From an uncultured Bifidobacterium sp. (lineage in GTDB: Bacteria; Bacteroidota; Bacteroidia; UKL13-3): a DNA stretch of 64,000 nt. Location of the stretch: NCBI GenBank assembly GCA_964529175.1, contig CAZGVO010000010.1, forward strand, positions 127,933 to 191,932. The letters are read 5' to 3'. A program made the translations under genes and the position numbers. The notes beneath the pieces were generated by a model that saw only the letters and a list, made by a program, of their open reading frames with translations, searched no databases and was not told the DNA's origin. Positions within the stretch are counted from its first letter, which is position 1. Every line of letters begins with the position of its first letter. Below are positions 17,440-27,396 of this stretch, piece by piece.

Positions 17440-20400
17440 ATGCAGTTTTCTCATTTACACGTTCATACCCAATTTTCGTTGCTCGATGGAGCAGCTGAAA
17501 TTGGTAATTTATATAAAAAAGCAGCTAAAGATAATATGCCTGCTATTGCCATTACAGACCATGGTAATATGTTCGGTGCATTTCAATTTGTGGCCGAAGC
17601 TTACAAGCATAAAAACGATGATGGTTCATTAAAGGTTAAACCCATTGTTGGTTGTGAGTTTTATGTGGTGCCTGATAGAAGCAAAAAAATATTTACCAAA
17701 GAGGATAAAGACAAGCGAAATCATCAATTGCTTTTAGCCAAAAATGCTGAAGGATATAAGAATTTAATCAAACTTTGTTCGCTTGGCTATATGGAGGGAA
17801 TGTATGGTAAATATCCTCGAATTGATAAAGAACTTATTTTAAAACACCATAAGGGATTAATTGCTACTACTTGTTGTTTGGGTGCTATGGTACCACAAAC
17901 CATTTTGAAAAAAGGCGAGGCCGAAGGCGAAAAAGAATTTAAATGGTGGCTCGATTTATTTGGCGAAGATTACTACATAGAAATGCAACGCCACGATATC
18001 AAAGAGCAAAATGAGGTAAACGAAGTGTTGATGAAGTTTGCGGCTAAGTACAATGTAAAAGTTATTGCCTCAAACGATTCTCATTATGTTGATCAACAAG
18101 ATGCCAATGCACACGATATTTTGCTTTGTATCAATACAGGTTCATTGCAAAGCACACCAACTCTAAAAGATTTTTCTGACGATGATGTAAGTATAAAAGG
18201 CCGAAGATTTGCATTTGCAAACGATCAATTTTATTTTAAAACAACTGAGGAAATGAGCACGCTTTTTAGCGATATTCCTCAAGCTATTGATAACACAAAC
18301 GAAATTGTTGGTAAAATAGAAACACTCGATTTAAAGCGAGATGTGTTATTGCCTAATTTCGAAATACCAACTCAATTTCAAACCCAAGATCAGTATTTAC
18401 GACATTTAACATACGAAGGTGCCCGCCAACGTTACAGCGAGTTAACGCCAGCCATTGAAGAACGTATCAATTTTGAATTACATACCATTGAAACGATGGG
18501 TTTTGTGGGGTATTTTTTAATTGTTATGGATTTTATAAAAGCGGGTAGAGATTTGGGCGTTTTTATTGGTCCTGGTCGTGGTTCGGCTGCTGGAAGTGTG
18601 GTGGCTTTTTGTATTGGAATTACCAATATTGACCCAATAAAATATGAATTACTTTTTGAACGTTTTTTAAATCCTGATAGAAAGTCGTTACCCGATATTG
18701 ATACCGATTTTGATGATGTGGGAAGACAAAAAGTAATTGATTATGTAATTCAAAAATACGGACGAAACCAGGTGGCTCAAATTGTAACTTATGGTACAAT
18801 GGCAGCTAAATCAAGTATTAAGGATGTTTCGCGCGTTTTAGATTTGCCTTTGGCCGATGCCAATGCATTGGCTAAATTGGTTCCTTCAAAACCCGGAATT
18901 AACCTTGGAAGGCTTTTAAAAGCACCTTTAGAGGGTGAAAAAAGTTTAAAAGAAAAAGAAGGCTTAGAGGGAGATGATTTAGAAAATGTAAAAAAACTCA
19001 GGTTGCTTTACGATGGAAATGATTTGCAATCGCGAGTGCTCAAAGAAGCTGAAAAGTTAGAAGGTTCGGTTCGTGGAACTGGTGTACATGCTGCAGGTTT
19101 AATTATTGCGCCTTGCGATTTAACCGATTTAATTCCGGTGGCTGTAGCCAAAGATTCTGATTTATTGGTAACTCAATTTGAAGGAAAAGTAATTGAAGAT
19201 GCTGGTGTAATTAAAATGGATTTTTTAGGTTTAAAGAATTTAACCATTTTAAAAAACGCACTTCGATTTATAAAAGAAAATCATGGAGTAGAAATTTTAT
19301 TGGATGAAATTCCTTTAGATGATCAAAAAACATACGAAACTATTTTCCAAAAAGGTGATACCAATGGCGTGTTTCAGTTTGAAAGTGCTGGAATGCAAAA
19401 GCATTTAAAGGATTTAAAACCCGATAAGTTTGACGATTTAGTGGCTATGAACGCTTTGTATCGTCCGGGCCCAATTGCTTATATTCCAACTTATATTGCT
19501 AGGAAACATGGAACCGAAAAAATTGAATACGATTTGCCAGAAATGCAAGAGTATTTGGAATCAACTTACGGAGTAACTGTGTTTCAAGAGCAAGTAATGT
19601 TGCTTTCACAAAAAATTGGTAATTTTACCAAAGGTGATGCAGATACTTTGCGTAAAGCAATGGGTAAAAAAGACCGTAAAACCCTTGATAAAATGAAGGG
19701 TAAGTTTTTAGATGGAGCTACTGCAAATGGCCATCCGGCTGAGGTTTTAGAAAAAATTTGGAAAGATTGGGAAGCATTTGCCCAGTATGCATTTAATAAA
19801 TCGCACTCGGTTTGTTATGCTTATGTAGCTTTTCATACTGCGTATTTAAAAACACATTATCCTGAAGAATTTATGGCTGCCACGCTCGATAATGCTTCGG
19901 GCGATATTGATCAAATATCGTTTTTTATGGAAGAGTGCAAGCGCATGAATTTGAATATTTTTGGTCCTGATGTAAATAAATCGGAAGTTACTTTTTCGGT
20001 TAATAAAGAAGGAGAATTGCGTTTTGGATTAGGAGCAATAAAAGGAGTTGGCGAGGCTGCTGTTGAAGAAATTATTGCTGAGCGCAAAAAAAATGGTCCA
20101 TATAAAAGTATTTTTGATTTAACAAAACGTGTAAACTTACGAGCAGTGAATAAAAAAACGCTTGAAGGTTTGGCATACGGAGGGGCCTTTGATTGTTTTG
20201 AAGGAACCCATAGAGCGCAATATTTTTCGTTGGTTGATGATTCTACTATCATTGAAAAGGCCATTCGATTTGGAAATGCTGCACAAGCTAACGAAAGTAA
20301 TAATCAGCAAAGTTTATTTGGTGGTGGAGTTTCAATAAGTTTACCAGAACCAACTATTCCTGCGGCTGATACTTGGAGTTTGATGGAGCAACTTAAAAAG

Positions 20401-21024
20401 GAAAAGGAAGTAATTGGTATCTATTTGTCAGGCCATCCACTTGATCCATTTAAGATAGAGATAGACAAATTGTCTTCTCATCCATTAAGCGAATTAAAAG
20501 ATTTAAAACCACTAAAAGGAATAGCCGAAATAAAAATTATTGGTGTGGTAGCATCTGTAAATCATAGAATTAGTAAAATGGGTAAACCATTTGGTAGTTT
20601 TGTTTTTGAAGATTTAACAGGAACTTTTGAAATGCCATTATTTGGCGAAAATTATTTGAATTATAAAAAGTTTTTAGAACCAGGTTATTACCTATTTATA
20701 AAAGGTAGGGTTGATAATAGATGGGGTAAGGAAGATGATTTTGAATTTAAGATAAACTCAATAGAAATGCTGCCCGAAATAAGAGAAAAGTACTTTAAAA
20801 CGGTTAACTTAGAAATAGAGTTAGATGAATTAAATGACAATTTGGTTTCAATAATTTATGAAAAAATTAAAAACAATTCTGGTTCAGCTTTGCTTAATTT
20901 TATAATAACCAATAAGAAAGAACAGTTAGCTATTAGTATGAGGTCAAGCAAGTACAAGGTTTCATTAACTAATGAAATGCTTCAAACGTTTGATGAATTG
21001 GGCTTAACTTATAAATTAAACTAA
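17440..21024 (+). CDS. dnaE: DNA polymerase III subunit alpha
   Basis: PHP domain start (FSHLHVHTQFSLLDGA), palm/fingers motifs (PDIDTDF, GLLKMDFLGLKNLT, FNKSHS), 1194 aa. Confidence 0.97.
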   Translation: MQFSHLHVHTQFSLLDGAAEIGNLYKKAAKDNMPAIAITDHGNMFGAFQFVAEAYKHKNDDGSLKVKPIVGCEFYVVPDRSKKIFTKEDKDKRNHQLLLAKNAEGYKNLIKLCSLGYMEGMYGKYPRIDKELILKHHKGLIATTCCLGAMVPQTILKKGEAEGEKEFKWWLDLFGEDYYIEMQRHDIKEQNEVNEVLMKFAAKYNVKVIASNDSHYVDQQDANAHDILLCINTGSLQSTPTLKDFSDDDVSIKGRRFAFANDQFYFKTTEEMSTLFSDIPQAIDNTNEIVGKIETLDLKRDVLLPNFEIPTQFQTQDQYLRHLTYEGARQRYSELTPAIEERINFELHTIETMGFVGYFLIVMDFIKAGRDLGVFIGPGRGSAAGSVVAFCIGITNIDPIKYELLFERFLNPDRKSLPDIDTDFDDVGRQKVIDYVIQKYGRNQVAQIVTYGTMAAKSSIKDVSRVLDLPLADANALAKLVPSKPGINLGRLLKAPLEGEKSLKEKEGLEGDDLENVKKLRLLYDGNDLQSRVLKEAEKLEGSVRGTGVHAAGLIIAPCDLTDLIPVAVAKDSDLLVTQFEGKVIEDAGVIKMDFLGLKNLTILKNALRFIKENHGVEILLDEIPLDDQKTYETIFQKGDTNGVFQFESAGMQKHLKDLKPDKFDDLVAMNALYRPGPIAYIPTYIARKHGTEKIEYDLPEMQEYLESTYGVTVFQEQVMLLSQKIGNFTKGDADTLRKAMGKKDRKTLDKMKGKFLDGATANGHPAEVLEKIWKDWEAFAQYAFNKSHSVCYAYVAFHTAYLKTHYPEEFMAATLDNASGDIDQISFFMEECKRMNLNIFGPDVNKSEVTFSVNKEGELRFGLGAIKGVGEAAVEEIIAERKKNGPYKSIFDLTKRVNLRAVNKKTLEGLAYGGAFDCFEGTHRAQYFSLVDDSTIIEKAIRFGNAAQANESNNQQSLFGGGVSISLPEPTIPAADTWSLMEQLKKEKEVIGIYLSGHPLDPFKIEIDKLSSHPLSELKDLKPLKGIAEIKIIGVVASVNHRISKMGKPFGSFVFEDLTGTFEMPLFGENYLNYKKFLEPGYYLFIKGRVDNRWGKEDDFEFKINSIEMLPEIREKYFKTVNLEIELDELNDNLVSIIYEKIKNNSGSALLNFIITNKKEQLAISMRSSKYKVSLTNEMLQTFDELGLTYKLN

Positions 21025-21132
21025 AAAATAATAATAGCTTGATTTATAAAATGAACTGACAAATTGTTTGCATTTTATAAATTGGGTTTTAAATTGCACA
21101 ATCAAAATATATCAATAATTAAAAATAAAATT

Positions 21133-21453
21133 ATGGCAGTAGAAATAAATGACGCAAACTTTGAAGAGTTAGTTTTAAAATCTTCAGTTCCAGTATTAGT
21201 AGATTTTTGGGCAGAATGGTGTGGTCCTTGCCGCATGGTAGGTCCTGTAGTAGATGAATTACATAAAGAATACGAAGGAAAAGCATTAATTGGTAAAGTT
21301 AACGTTGACTTTAACCCAAAAATTGCTACCGATTATGGCATTATGAGTATTCCAGCTTTGTTATACTTTAAAGATGGTAAATTAGTAGACAAACAAGTAG
21401 GAGCAGTTCCAAAACATATTTTGGCTGGTAAGTTAGATGCTCAACTTGCTTAA
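21133..21453 (+). CDS. trxA: Thioredoxin
   Basis: WAEWCGPC active site. 106 aa from the ATG at 21133. Confidence 0.93.
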   Translation: MAVEINDANFEELVLKSSVPVLVDFWAEWCGPCRMVGPVVDELHKEYEGKALIGKVNVDFNPKIATDYGIMSIPALLYFKDGKLVDKQVGAVPKHILAGKLDAQLA

Positions 21454-21475
21454 TATTTAAAAATTATAAATTATT

Positions 21476-21512
21476 AAATCCCTTCAAAATTATTGAAGGG
21501 ATTTTTTATTTT
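21476..21512 (+). terminator. Rho-independent terminator after trxA
   Basis: 12-bp perfect stem aaatcccttcaa/ttgaagggattt plus T-run. Confidence 0.85.
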
Positions 21513-21520
21513 TACACACT

Positions 21521-22429
21521 TTGGAAAATAAGATAACAGAATATAATTTACTTCAAACAGGGAACCTTGAGTTGCTTGCAAAACAAGTAGTAGAAGGCTT
21601 TATAACAGGTTTGCATAAAAGTCCGTTTCATGGCTTTAGTGTTGAGTTTGCTGAGCATAGGCAATACAATAAAGGCGAAAGCATTAAGCATATAGATTGG
21701 AAATTATTTGGTAAAACTGAGAAGCTTTACACCAAACGTTATGAAGAAGAAACCAATTTAAGGTGTTATTTGGTTATTGATGATTCTTCGTCCATGTATT
21801 TTCCAAACGAAGGGGTAAATAAAATCCAATTTGCTGCTTATGCCTCCGCTTGTATTACTTATATGCTAAAAAAGCAACGAGATGCAGTTGGACTTAATGT
21901 AATTGATAATGAGGTTTCATTCCAATCGCAAGCCAAATCAGGTTCAGTTCATATTAAAATGATTTTTAATGAGTTGAATAAACTTGTTGAAGCCAAAAAT
22001 AAGAATGTTGGAAGTAATTTAGCAGTAGGATTGCATCATATTGCTGAAACTATTCATAAACGTTCGTTGGTTATCATTTTTACTGATATGTTTAGCAATG
22101 ATAATTTGGAAAAAATATTTGAATCTATTCAACATTTAAAATACAATAAACATGAAGTAATTATTTTTCATGTGGCCGATAAAAAATTAGAAATGGATTT
22201 TGATTTTGTTAAACGTCCGTATATTTTTATTGATAGCGAAACCAATGAACAACTGAAACTTCATTCAAATTTGGTAGCTGATGATTATAAAAAATTGGTA
22301 GCCGATTTTAAAGAAGAAATAAAACTTAAATGCGCTCAACTAAAAGTTGATTTTGTGGAAGCTTATATTGAAAATAACCTTGATCAAATACTGCTAAAAT
22401 TTTTACAAAAGAGAGAAAAAATGAAATAA
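21521..22429 (+). CDS. DUF58 domain-containing protein
   Basis: GxHxSPFHGFSVEFAEHRQY motif, diagnostic of DUF58 (MoxR-associated vWA-like). TTG start. Confidence 0.8.
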   Translation: MENKITEYNLLQTGNLELLAKQVVEGFITGLHKSPFHGFSVEFAEHRQYNKGESIKHIDWKLFGKTEKLYTKRYEEETNLRCYLVIDDSSSMYFPNEGVNKIQFAAYASACITYMLKKQRDAVGLNVIDNEVSFQSQAKSGSVHIKMIFNELNKLVEAKNKNVGSNLAVGLHHIAETIHKRSLVIIFTDMFSNDNLEKIFESIQHLKYNKHEVIIFHVADKKLEMDFDFVKRPYIFIDSETNEQLKLHSNLVADDYKKLVADFKEEIKLKCAQLKVDFVEAYIENNLDQILLKFLQKREKMK

Positions 22430-22538
22430 TACGACAAAATATTTTTTTTTCTATAAAAATGTCGTATTGTTGTGTGTGGGAAAAACGTATAAATCAACAA
22501 GAATAAATAAAACATATGCTAGCACAGAACCAGTTTCT

Positions 22539-22991
22539 ATGCTTGTGGAAGAAGCATTGGCAGGAGGTTATACTACACAAAACTCAATGCAATCTATTTT
22601 AAATTTAGCATCTAATTTTCAAAATGAAATGGATTTGGTTACACTTACCAGAAATGGTATTTTAAAACAAGCTGTTACCAATATGGCTGCTAAATTTGGC
22701 ATAACTCAAGAAAAAATTTGTGAGTTGTTACATATGAGTGCTCGTAATTTTCAGCGTATAAAAGATAATGCTCCTTTGGATATTTATACATCGGAACAAA
22801 CTATAGAAATGGCTAATGTTTATAGCAAAGCACATAAAATATTTATTGATGAAGAGGCCGTTAAGCAATGGTTTCAAACACCAAACTATGCTTTAGGTAA
22901 TCAAAAACCTTTAGATTTATTGGATACTAGTTTTGGCGTAAAAATGGTTTCAGATGTATTAGGCAGAATTGAACACGGTGTATTTTCATAA
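22539..22991 (+). CDS. Xre/MbcA/ParS-type antitoxin with DUF2384 toxin-binding domain
   Basis: The C-terminal WFQTPNYALGNQKPLDLLDTSFGVKMVSDVLGRIEHGVFS matches the DUF2384 signature. The first in-frame ATG is at 22539. The stop overlaps the toxin ATG by 1 nt (TAATG). Confidence 0.8.
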   Translation: MLVEEALAGGYTTQNSMQSILNLASNFQNEMDLVTLTRNGILKQAVTNMAAKFGITQEKICELLHMSARNFQRIKDNAPLDIYTSEQTIEMANVYSKAHKIFIDEEAVKQWFQTPNYALGNQKPLDLLDTSFGVKMVSDVLGRIEHGVFS

Positions 22992-23449
22992 TGCAATTAT
23001 TTAGATTTGGGATTGAAACTTATATAAATGATATAAGTGGATATGGAGCAAAATTATATGGAGGAAGATGGAATAATGTAGGTAATGCAATGCTTTACAC
23101 TGCTTGCTCTCCTTCATTAGCTATGTTAGAATTTGTATGTAATGCAAGTGGAATAGCAAAAACTGTTCAGACAAGTTTGTTAACTTTAAAACTTGATAGC
23201 AAGGTAAAACTTGAACAATTAACCGTAAATGAGATGCCTGAAAATTGGCAAGATGTTCCTGCTCCAGATATTTTAAAAAGAATTGGTGATAATTGGCTTA
23301 AAGGTAATACTTCAGTTGGTATAAAAGTTCCTTCGGCAGTAATGCCAATTGAGTTTAATGTGTTAATTAATCCTTTGCATAAAGATTTTTCAAAACTAAC
23401 TATTGAAAATATAGTTAAAATGGATATTGATAAACGAATAATCAAATAA
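22991..23449 (+). CDS. RES domain toxin (NAD+-degrading family)
   Basis: YGGRWN (Arg), LAMLE (Glu) and KVPSAVMPIEFNVLINPLH (Ser) match the R-E-S domain layout. Confidence 0.88.
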   Translation: MQLFRFGIETYINDISGYGAKLYGGRWNNVGNAMLYTACSPSLAMLEFVCNASGIAKTVQTSLLTLKLDSKVKLEQLTVNEMPENWQDVPAPDILKRIGDNWLKGNTSVGIKVPSAVMPIEFNVLINPLHKDFSKLTIENIVKMDIDKRIIK

Positions 23450-23452
23450 AAG

Positions 23453-24277
23453 ATGATTGCATTTTCGAATTGTAAAATAAATTTAGGACTTCATATTATT
23501 AATAAACGCGAAGATGGTTTTCATAACCTAGAAACTGTTTTTTATCCAATTCCTTTGGCCGATTCATTAGAGTTAATTGAAAATGATAGTAATTTATTTA
23601 ACTCGGTTTCATTTAAATCTTTTGGTTTAAGTATTGATGGAAGTTTGGAGAATAATTTAATTGTAAAGGCATATCGTTTATTGGCTAATGATTTTAAACT
23701 GAAAGCAGTTGATTTTTATTTATTAAAAAATATACCAATGGGAGCTGGTTTGGGCGGTGGGAGTAGCAATGCTGCTTTTGCTTTAAAATTATTGAATAAT
23801 AGTTTAGAGCTTAATTTATCTAATAATCAGCTTGAAAATTATGCTGCTATTTTGGGTAGCGATTGTGCTTTTTTTATTGAAAATAAACCAAGTTATGCCA
23901 CAGGAAGAGGCGAGGTTTTAGAGTCAATAAATATTGATTTGAAAAGTTATTTTTTTGTATTAGTTAAACCTAATATTCATGTAAGTACGGCTGATGCTTT
24001 TGCCAATGTTTATAAAAGAGGCGAAGGTTCAATATCTTTAAAAGAGTTAATTAAAAATCCTATTGAAAATTGGAATGGATTAATTGAAAACGATTTTGAA
24101 AAATCGGTTTTTAAGCACCATCCAAGTATTAGATTAATAAAAGAAAAGCTTTACGAAAATGGTGCTATTTATGCAAGTATGAGCGGAAGTGGCGCGAGTG
24201 TATTTGGGTTATTTAAAGACGAAATAGATTTAAAAGGCCAATTTGAAAACGATTTTTATTTTAGCTGCAAACTTTAG
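23453..24277 (+). CDS. ispE: 4-(cytidine 5'-diphospho)-2-C-methyl-D-erythritol kinase
   Basis: GHMP kinase motif [14 protein letters not shown] and N-terminal KINLGLHI. Confidence 0.9.
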   Translation: MIAFSNCKINLGLHIINKREDGFHNLETVFYPIPLADSLELIENDSNLFNSVSFKSFGLSIDGSLENNLIVKAYRLLANDFKLKAVDFYLLKNIPMGAGLGGGSSNAAFALKLLNNSLELNLSNNQLENYAAILGSDCAFFIENKPSYATGRGEVLESINIDLKSYFFVLVKPNIHVSTADAFANVYKRGEGSISLKELIKNPIENWNGLIENDFEKSVFKHHPSIRLIKEKLYENGAIYASMSGSGASVFGLFKDEIDLKGQFENDFYFSCKL

Positions 24278-24960
24278 CTAATATTATCACTTTCTATTAC
24301 ACCATCTCTAAGTCTAACTATACGTTTAGCTCTTTTAGCAATATCTTCTTCGTGAGTTACTATAATTACTGTATTTCCCTTTTGGTGTATTTCCTCCAAC
24401 AAGTCCATAATTTCATGACTAGTTTTGGTATCTAAATTTCCTGTTGGTTCATCGGCTAAAATAATAGCAGGAGAGTTTACTAAAGCCCTTGCAATGGCTA
24501 CTCTTTGGCGTTGTCCACCACTTAATTCGTTTGGTTTGTGTTCTACTCGCTCACCTAAACCAACGCTTTCTAATGCTTGTTTAGCTTTCGCTAATCTTTC
24601 AGCTTTTCCAATTCCAGCATATACCAATGGTAACGCCACATTTTCCAACGAACTATTGCGAGCCAGTAAGTTAAAAGTTTGAAAGATAAATCCAATTTCT
24701 TTGTTTCTTATTTCGGCTAATTCATTGTCTGTCATGTGGCTTACATCAGTGCCATTCAGTTTATAACTTCCGCGGCTTGGTGTATCTAAACAGCCCAAGA
24801 TATTCATTAAAGTAGATTTTCCTGAGCCGGAAGGTCCCATTAAAGCCACATATTCGCCTTTGGCTATTTTTAAATCTACACTTACCAAAGCATTAACTAC
24901 TACTTCACCAATTTTATACGTTTTTCCTATTCCATTTATATCAATTACTAAATTAGCCAT
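24274..24960 (-). CDS. ABC transporter ATP-binding protein (LolD/MacB-type)
   Basis: Walker [10 protein letters not shown], signature LSGGQRQR, Walker [12 protein letters not shown]. Confidence 0.9.
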   Translation of the reverse strand: MANLVIDINGIGKTYKIGEVVVNALVSVDLKIAKGEYVALMGPSGSGKSTLMNILGCLDTPSRGSYKLNGTDVSHMTDNELAEIRNKEIGFIFQTFNLLARNSSLENVALPLVYAGIGKAERLAKAKQALESVGLGERVEHKPNELSGGQRQRVAIARALVNSPAIILADEPTGNLDTKTSHEIMDLLEEIHQKGNTVIIVTHEEDIAKRAKRIVRLRDGVIESDNIS

Positions 24961-25043
24961 GCTTTTATATTTTGGTTTTGATGCAATAAAATAAATTATT
25001 ACTTATGGTTATTCCTTTTTTTGATAGAAGGGAAAACAAGGTG

Positions 25044-25334
25044 TTATTTATCTAAAAACTTTGGAACTCTAAAGTAATCCGAATCTTTATCAGGTGCGTT
25101 TAATAACGCTTCTTGATGGGTGATTTCGTGCTTAGGTTCATCGTTACGTAATACATTTTCGTGGCTATTCATAAATATCAACGGCTCTACATTATCTGTA
25201 TTTACCTCATTCATTTTTTCGAAAAACGATATAATTTGGGTCATATCTTTTTGCAAAGCTACTTTTTCTGTTTCGGTAAAATCAAGTTTAGCTAAATCAG
25301 CTAATTTATCAATGATTTCGTTATTAATTTCCAT
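25044..25334 (-). CDS. gatC: Asp-tRNA(Asn)/Glu-tRNA(Gln) amidotransferase subunit C
   Basis: 96 aa. LAKLDFTE...L..DM..II.F..M..V and RxDE pattern typical of GatC. Confidence 0.85.
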   Translation of the reverse strand: MEINNEIIDKLADLAKLDFTETEKVALQKDMTQIISFFEKMNEVNTDNVEPLIFMNSHENVLRNDEPKHEITHQEALLNAPDKDSDYFRVPKFLDK

Positions 25335-26073
25335 AATTGTATTCGGCTAATTTATTGTTTATTATGTTATAAACTTGGTTTTTTAATTCATCTACGTTTT
25401 CCAATGTCATGCCTTTGGTTGAAATTGGTTTGTGAATTATTTGGTATCCGTGTCCTGGTTTTCCTTCAAAAACTCCTTGATCTGGCAATATATTATTGTT
25501 TCCAACAATGGTAACAGGCAATATATCTATTTGTTTTTCAATGGCTAATCTAAAAGGGCCATCTTTAAATTTTATCAATTTAGGTACTTGGTTTGAAATG
25601 GTTCCTTCTGGAAAAATAACCAAACTTCTACCACTTTCAAAAAACTTGGTAGCTTTAATATAAGCTTCGGCAGCTTTTCGAGGGTTTTTTCTATCCACAG
25701 CTATATCAATGGTTCTGAACCAAATACCAAAAACTGGAATTTCCTCCAATTCTTTTTTAGCCATAAAACTAAAATCTAATTGGTTTAATTTTACAGTTAA
25801 AGTCACAATATCTAATTGCGAGGTATGATTAGGGCAAATAATATATGGTTTAGTGGTGTCAAATGGTTCTTCAACTATTTGAGTAATTCTTACAAAACCA
25901 GTAGTTAAAAGTATTCGGCCCCAAAATCTACGAATTTTATGTCCTAAAGGATAGCGTTTAGGGTTGCTTAGAGCATATCTAATAAATGGATATAACACTG
26001 TAAATGAAAACACTGTCCACAAACCAAACCAAACCGCATAAGTTGTTTTAAAAGGATTTTTAGAAAATTTCAT
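25324..26073 (-). CDS. 1-acyl-sn-glycerol-3-phosphate acyltransferase family protein
   Basis: NHTSQLD (HxxxxD) and FPEGT acyltransferase motifs. ATG at 26073 preferred over the TTG at 26100. Confidence 0.8.
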   Translation of the reverse strand: MKFSKNPFKTTYAVWFGLWTVFSFTVLYPFIRYALSNPKRYPLGHKIRRFWGRILLTTGFVRITQIVEEPFDTTKPYIICPNHTSQLDIVTLTVKLNQLDFSFMAKKELEEIPVFGIWFRTIDIAVDRKNPRKAAEAYIKATKFFESGRSLVIFPEGTISNQVPKLIKFKDGPFRLAIEKQIDILPVTIVGNNNILPDQGVFEGKPGHGYQIIHKPISTKGMTLENVDELKNQVYNIINNKLAEYNYGN

Positions 26074-26087
26074 AGGCACAAATTTAG

Positions 26088-26729
26088 TTATTGATTCCAA
26101 GTTGATGGACTTTTACGCCAATCGTTAAGTAAAGCTAATTGCTCCGGCAAAACTATACCTTTATCAATAGCAATTTGAATTAATGTTTGGTAATTGCTTA
26201 ACGAAACATATTTGCAGTCAGCATTATTAAAAGCATTTTGTGCCTCATCAAAGCCATAAGTAAAAATGCTAGCCATTCCTAGTACTTGGCAACCATAATT
26301 TTTAAGCGTTTCTACAACTTGTAAGCTACTTTTACCAGTACTTACTAAATCTTCAATAACTACTACTTTGGTATTTGGAGCTATATCGCCTTCAATTTGT
26401 TTGCCCATTCCGTGTTTTTTAGCTTCAGAACGCACATAACCAAAAGGTAAATTTAATTCATCAGCAGCTAAAGCACCTGGAGCTATTCCGGCAGTTGCTA
26501 CGCCAATAATAGCTTCTACATCAGAAAATTGCTCTTTAATAATTTGCCCTAATGCTTTTTTTATAAAATTGCGTGCTTCAGGATACGAAAGTGAAACTCT
26601 ATTATCGCAATAAATTGGGCTTTTCCAACCACTGGCCCAAGTAAAAGGTTCGTTTGGTTTTAATTTAATTGCATTTATTTGTAACAAGTATTCCGCTACT
26701 TTTGCGGCAGTATTTTCACTTAAATTCAT
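26088..26729 (-). CDS. pyrE: Orotate phosphoribosyltransferase
   Basis: PRPP-binding motif VVVIEDLVSTGKS. ATG at 26729 (MNLSEN) preferred over the TTG at 26738. Confidence 0.9.
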   Translation of the reverse strand: MNLSENTAAKVAEYLLQINAIKLKPNEPFTWASGWKSPIYCDNRVSLSYPEARNFIKKALGQIIKEQFSDVEAIIGVATAGIAPGALAADELNLPFGYVRSEAKKHGMGKQIEGDIAPNTKVVVIEDLVSTGKSSLQVVETLKNYGCQVLGMASIFTYGFDEAQNAFNNADCKYVSLSNYQTLIQIAIDKGIVLPEQLALLNDWRKSPSTWNQ

Positions 26730-26738
26730 ATTGGGCAA

Positions 26739-27335
26739 ATGTATAAAATTTTTATAAACGATAAACCATTCATTATAGCAAATTCGGCTTTTACTGATAA
26801 TTCTTTTCCAAGTTTTGATTTTGATGAAAAATTATTTGAAACTAAAATAGCTGAAGTGTTTGCAAATCAGTTTAGTGGAGTTGTTTTTAAATGTAAAGAT
26901 GAAGAACTGGTGTTTAACAAATTTGCCAAACATTTTAAAATAATTGAAGCAGCAGGAGGGTTGGTATTTAATAGTAAAAACCAATTGCTTTTAATTGAGC
27001 GATTAGGTGTTTGGGATTTACCTAAAGGAAAAATTGAAGTGGGCGAAATACCTGAAGTAGCAGCTGTTAGAGAAGTAGAGGAGGAGTGCGCTGTAACTGG
27101 TTTAACCATTGAAAATTTGGTATGTAAAAGTTACCACACTTATTTTTTTAAAGAAAAGCACATTTTAAAACGTACTTATTGGTATAAAATGAACACTAAT
27201 TTTAGCCAAAATTTAGTACCTCAAACGGAGGAAGATATAACAAAAGTAGAATGGCAAAATTTCACTAAAAGTGATATTGAAACTTTAAATACTTACCAAA
27301 GTATTAAGGATGTTTTGAAAAAATGTTTTGAATAA
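26739..27335 (+). CDS. NUDIX hydrolase
   Basis: Nudix box GKIEVGEIPEVAAVREVEEECAV after an N-terminal extension of about 65 aa. Confidence 0.8.
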   Translation: MYKIFINDKPFIIANSAFTDNSFPSFDFDEKLFETKIAEVFANQFSGVVFKCKDEELVFNKFAKHFKIIEAAGGLVFNSKNQLLLIERLGVWDLPKGKIEVGEIPEVAAVREVEEECAVTGLTIENLVCKSYHTYFFKEKHILKRTYWYKMNTNFSQNLVPQTEEDITKVEWQNFTKSDIETLNTYQSIKDVLKKCFE

Positions 27336-27337
27336 AC

Positions 27338-27372
27338 AAAGCCATTTAGAATGAATTCTAAATGGCTTTTAA
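27338..27372. terminator. Bidirectional hairpin terminator between the NUDIX gene and comA
   Basis: 15-nt inverted arms aaagccatttagaat/attctaaatggcttt, flanked by A- and T-rich tracts. Confidence 0.75.
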
Positions 27373-27396
27373 ATAATTGATTATCAATATTTTGTA

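Noticed and set aside
21521-22429. DUF58 gene without an adjacent MoxR ATPase or Bat genes.
   Set aside because: The partner genes may simply lie elsewhere in the genome. This cannot be evaluated from this window.
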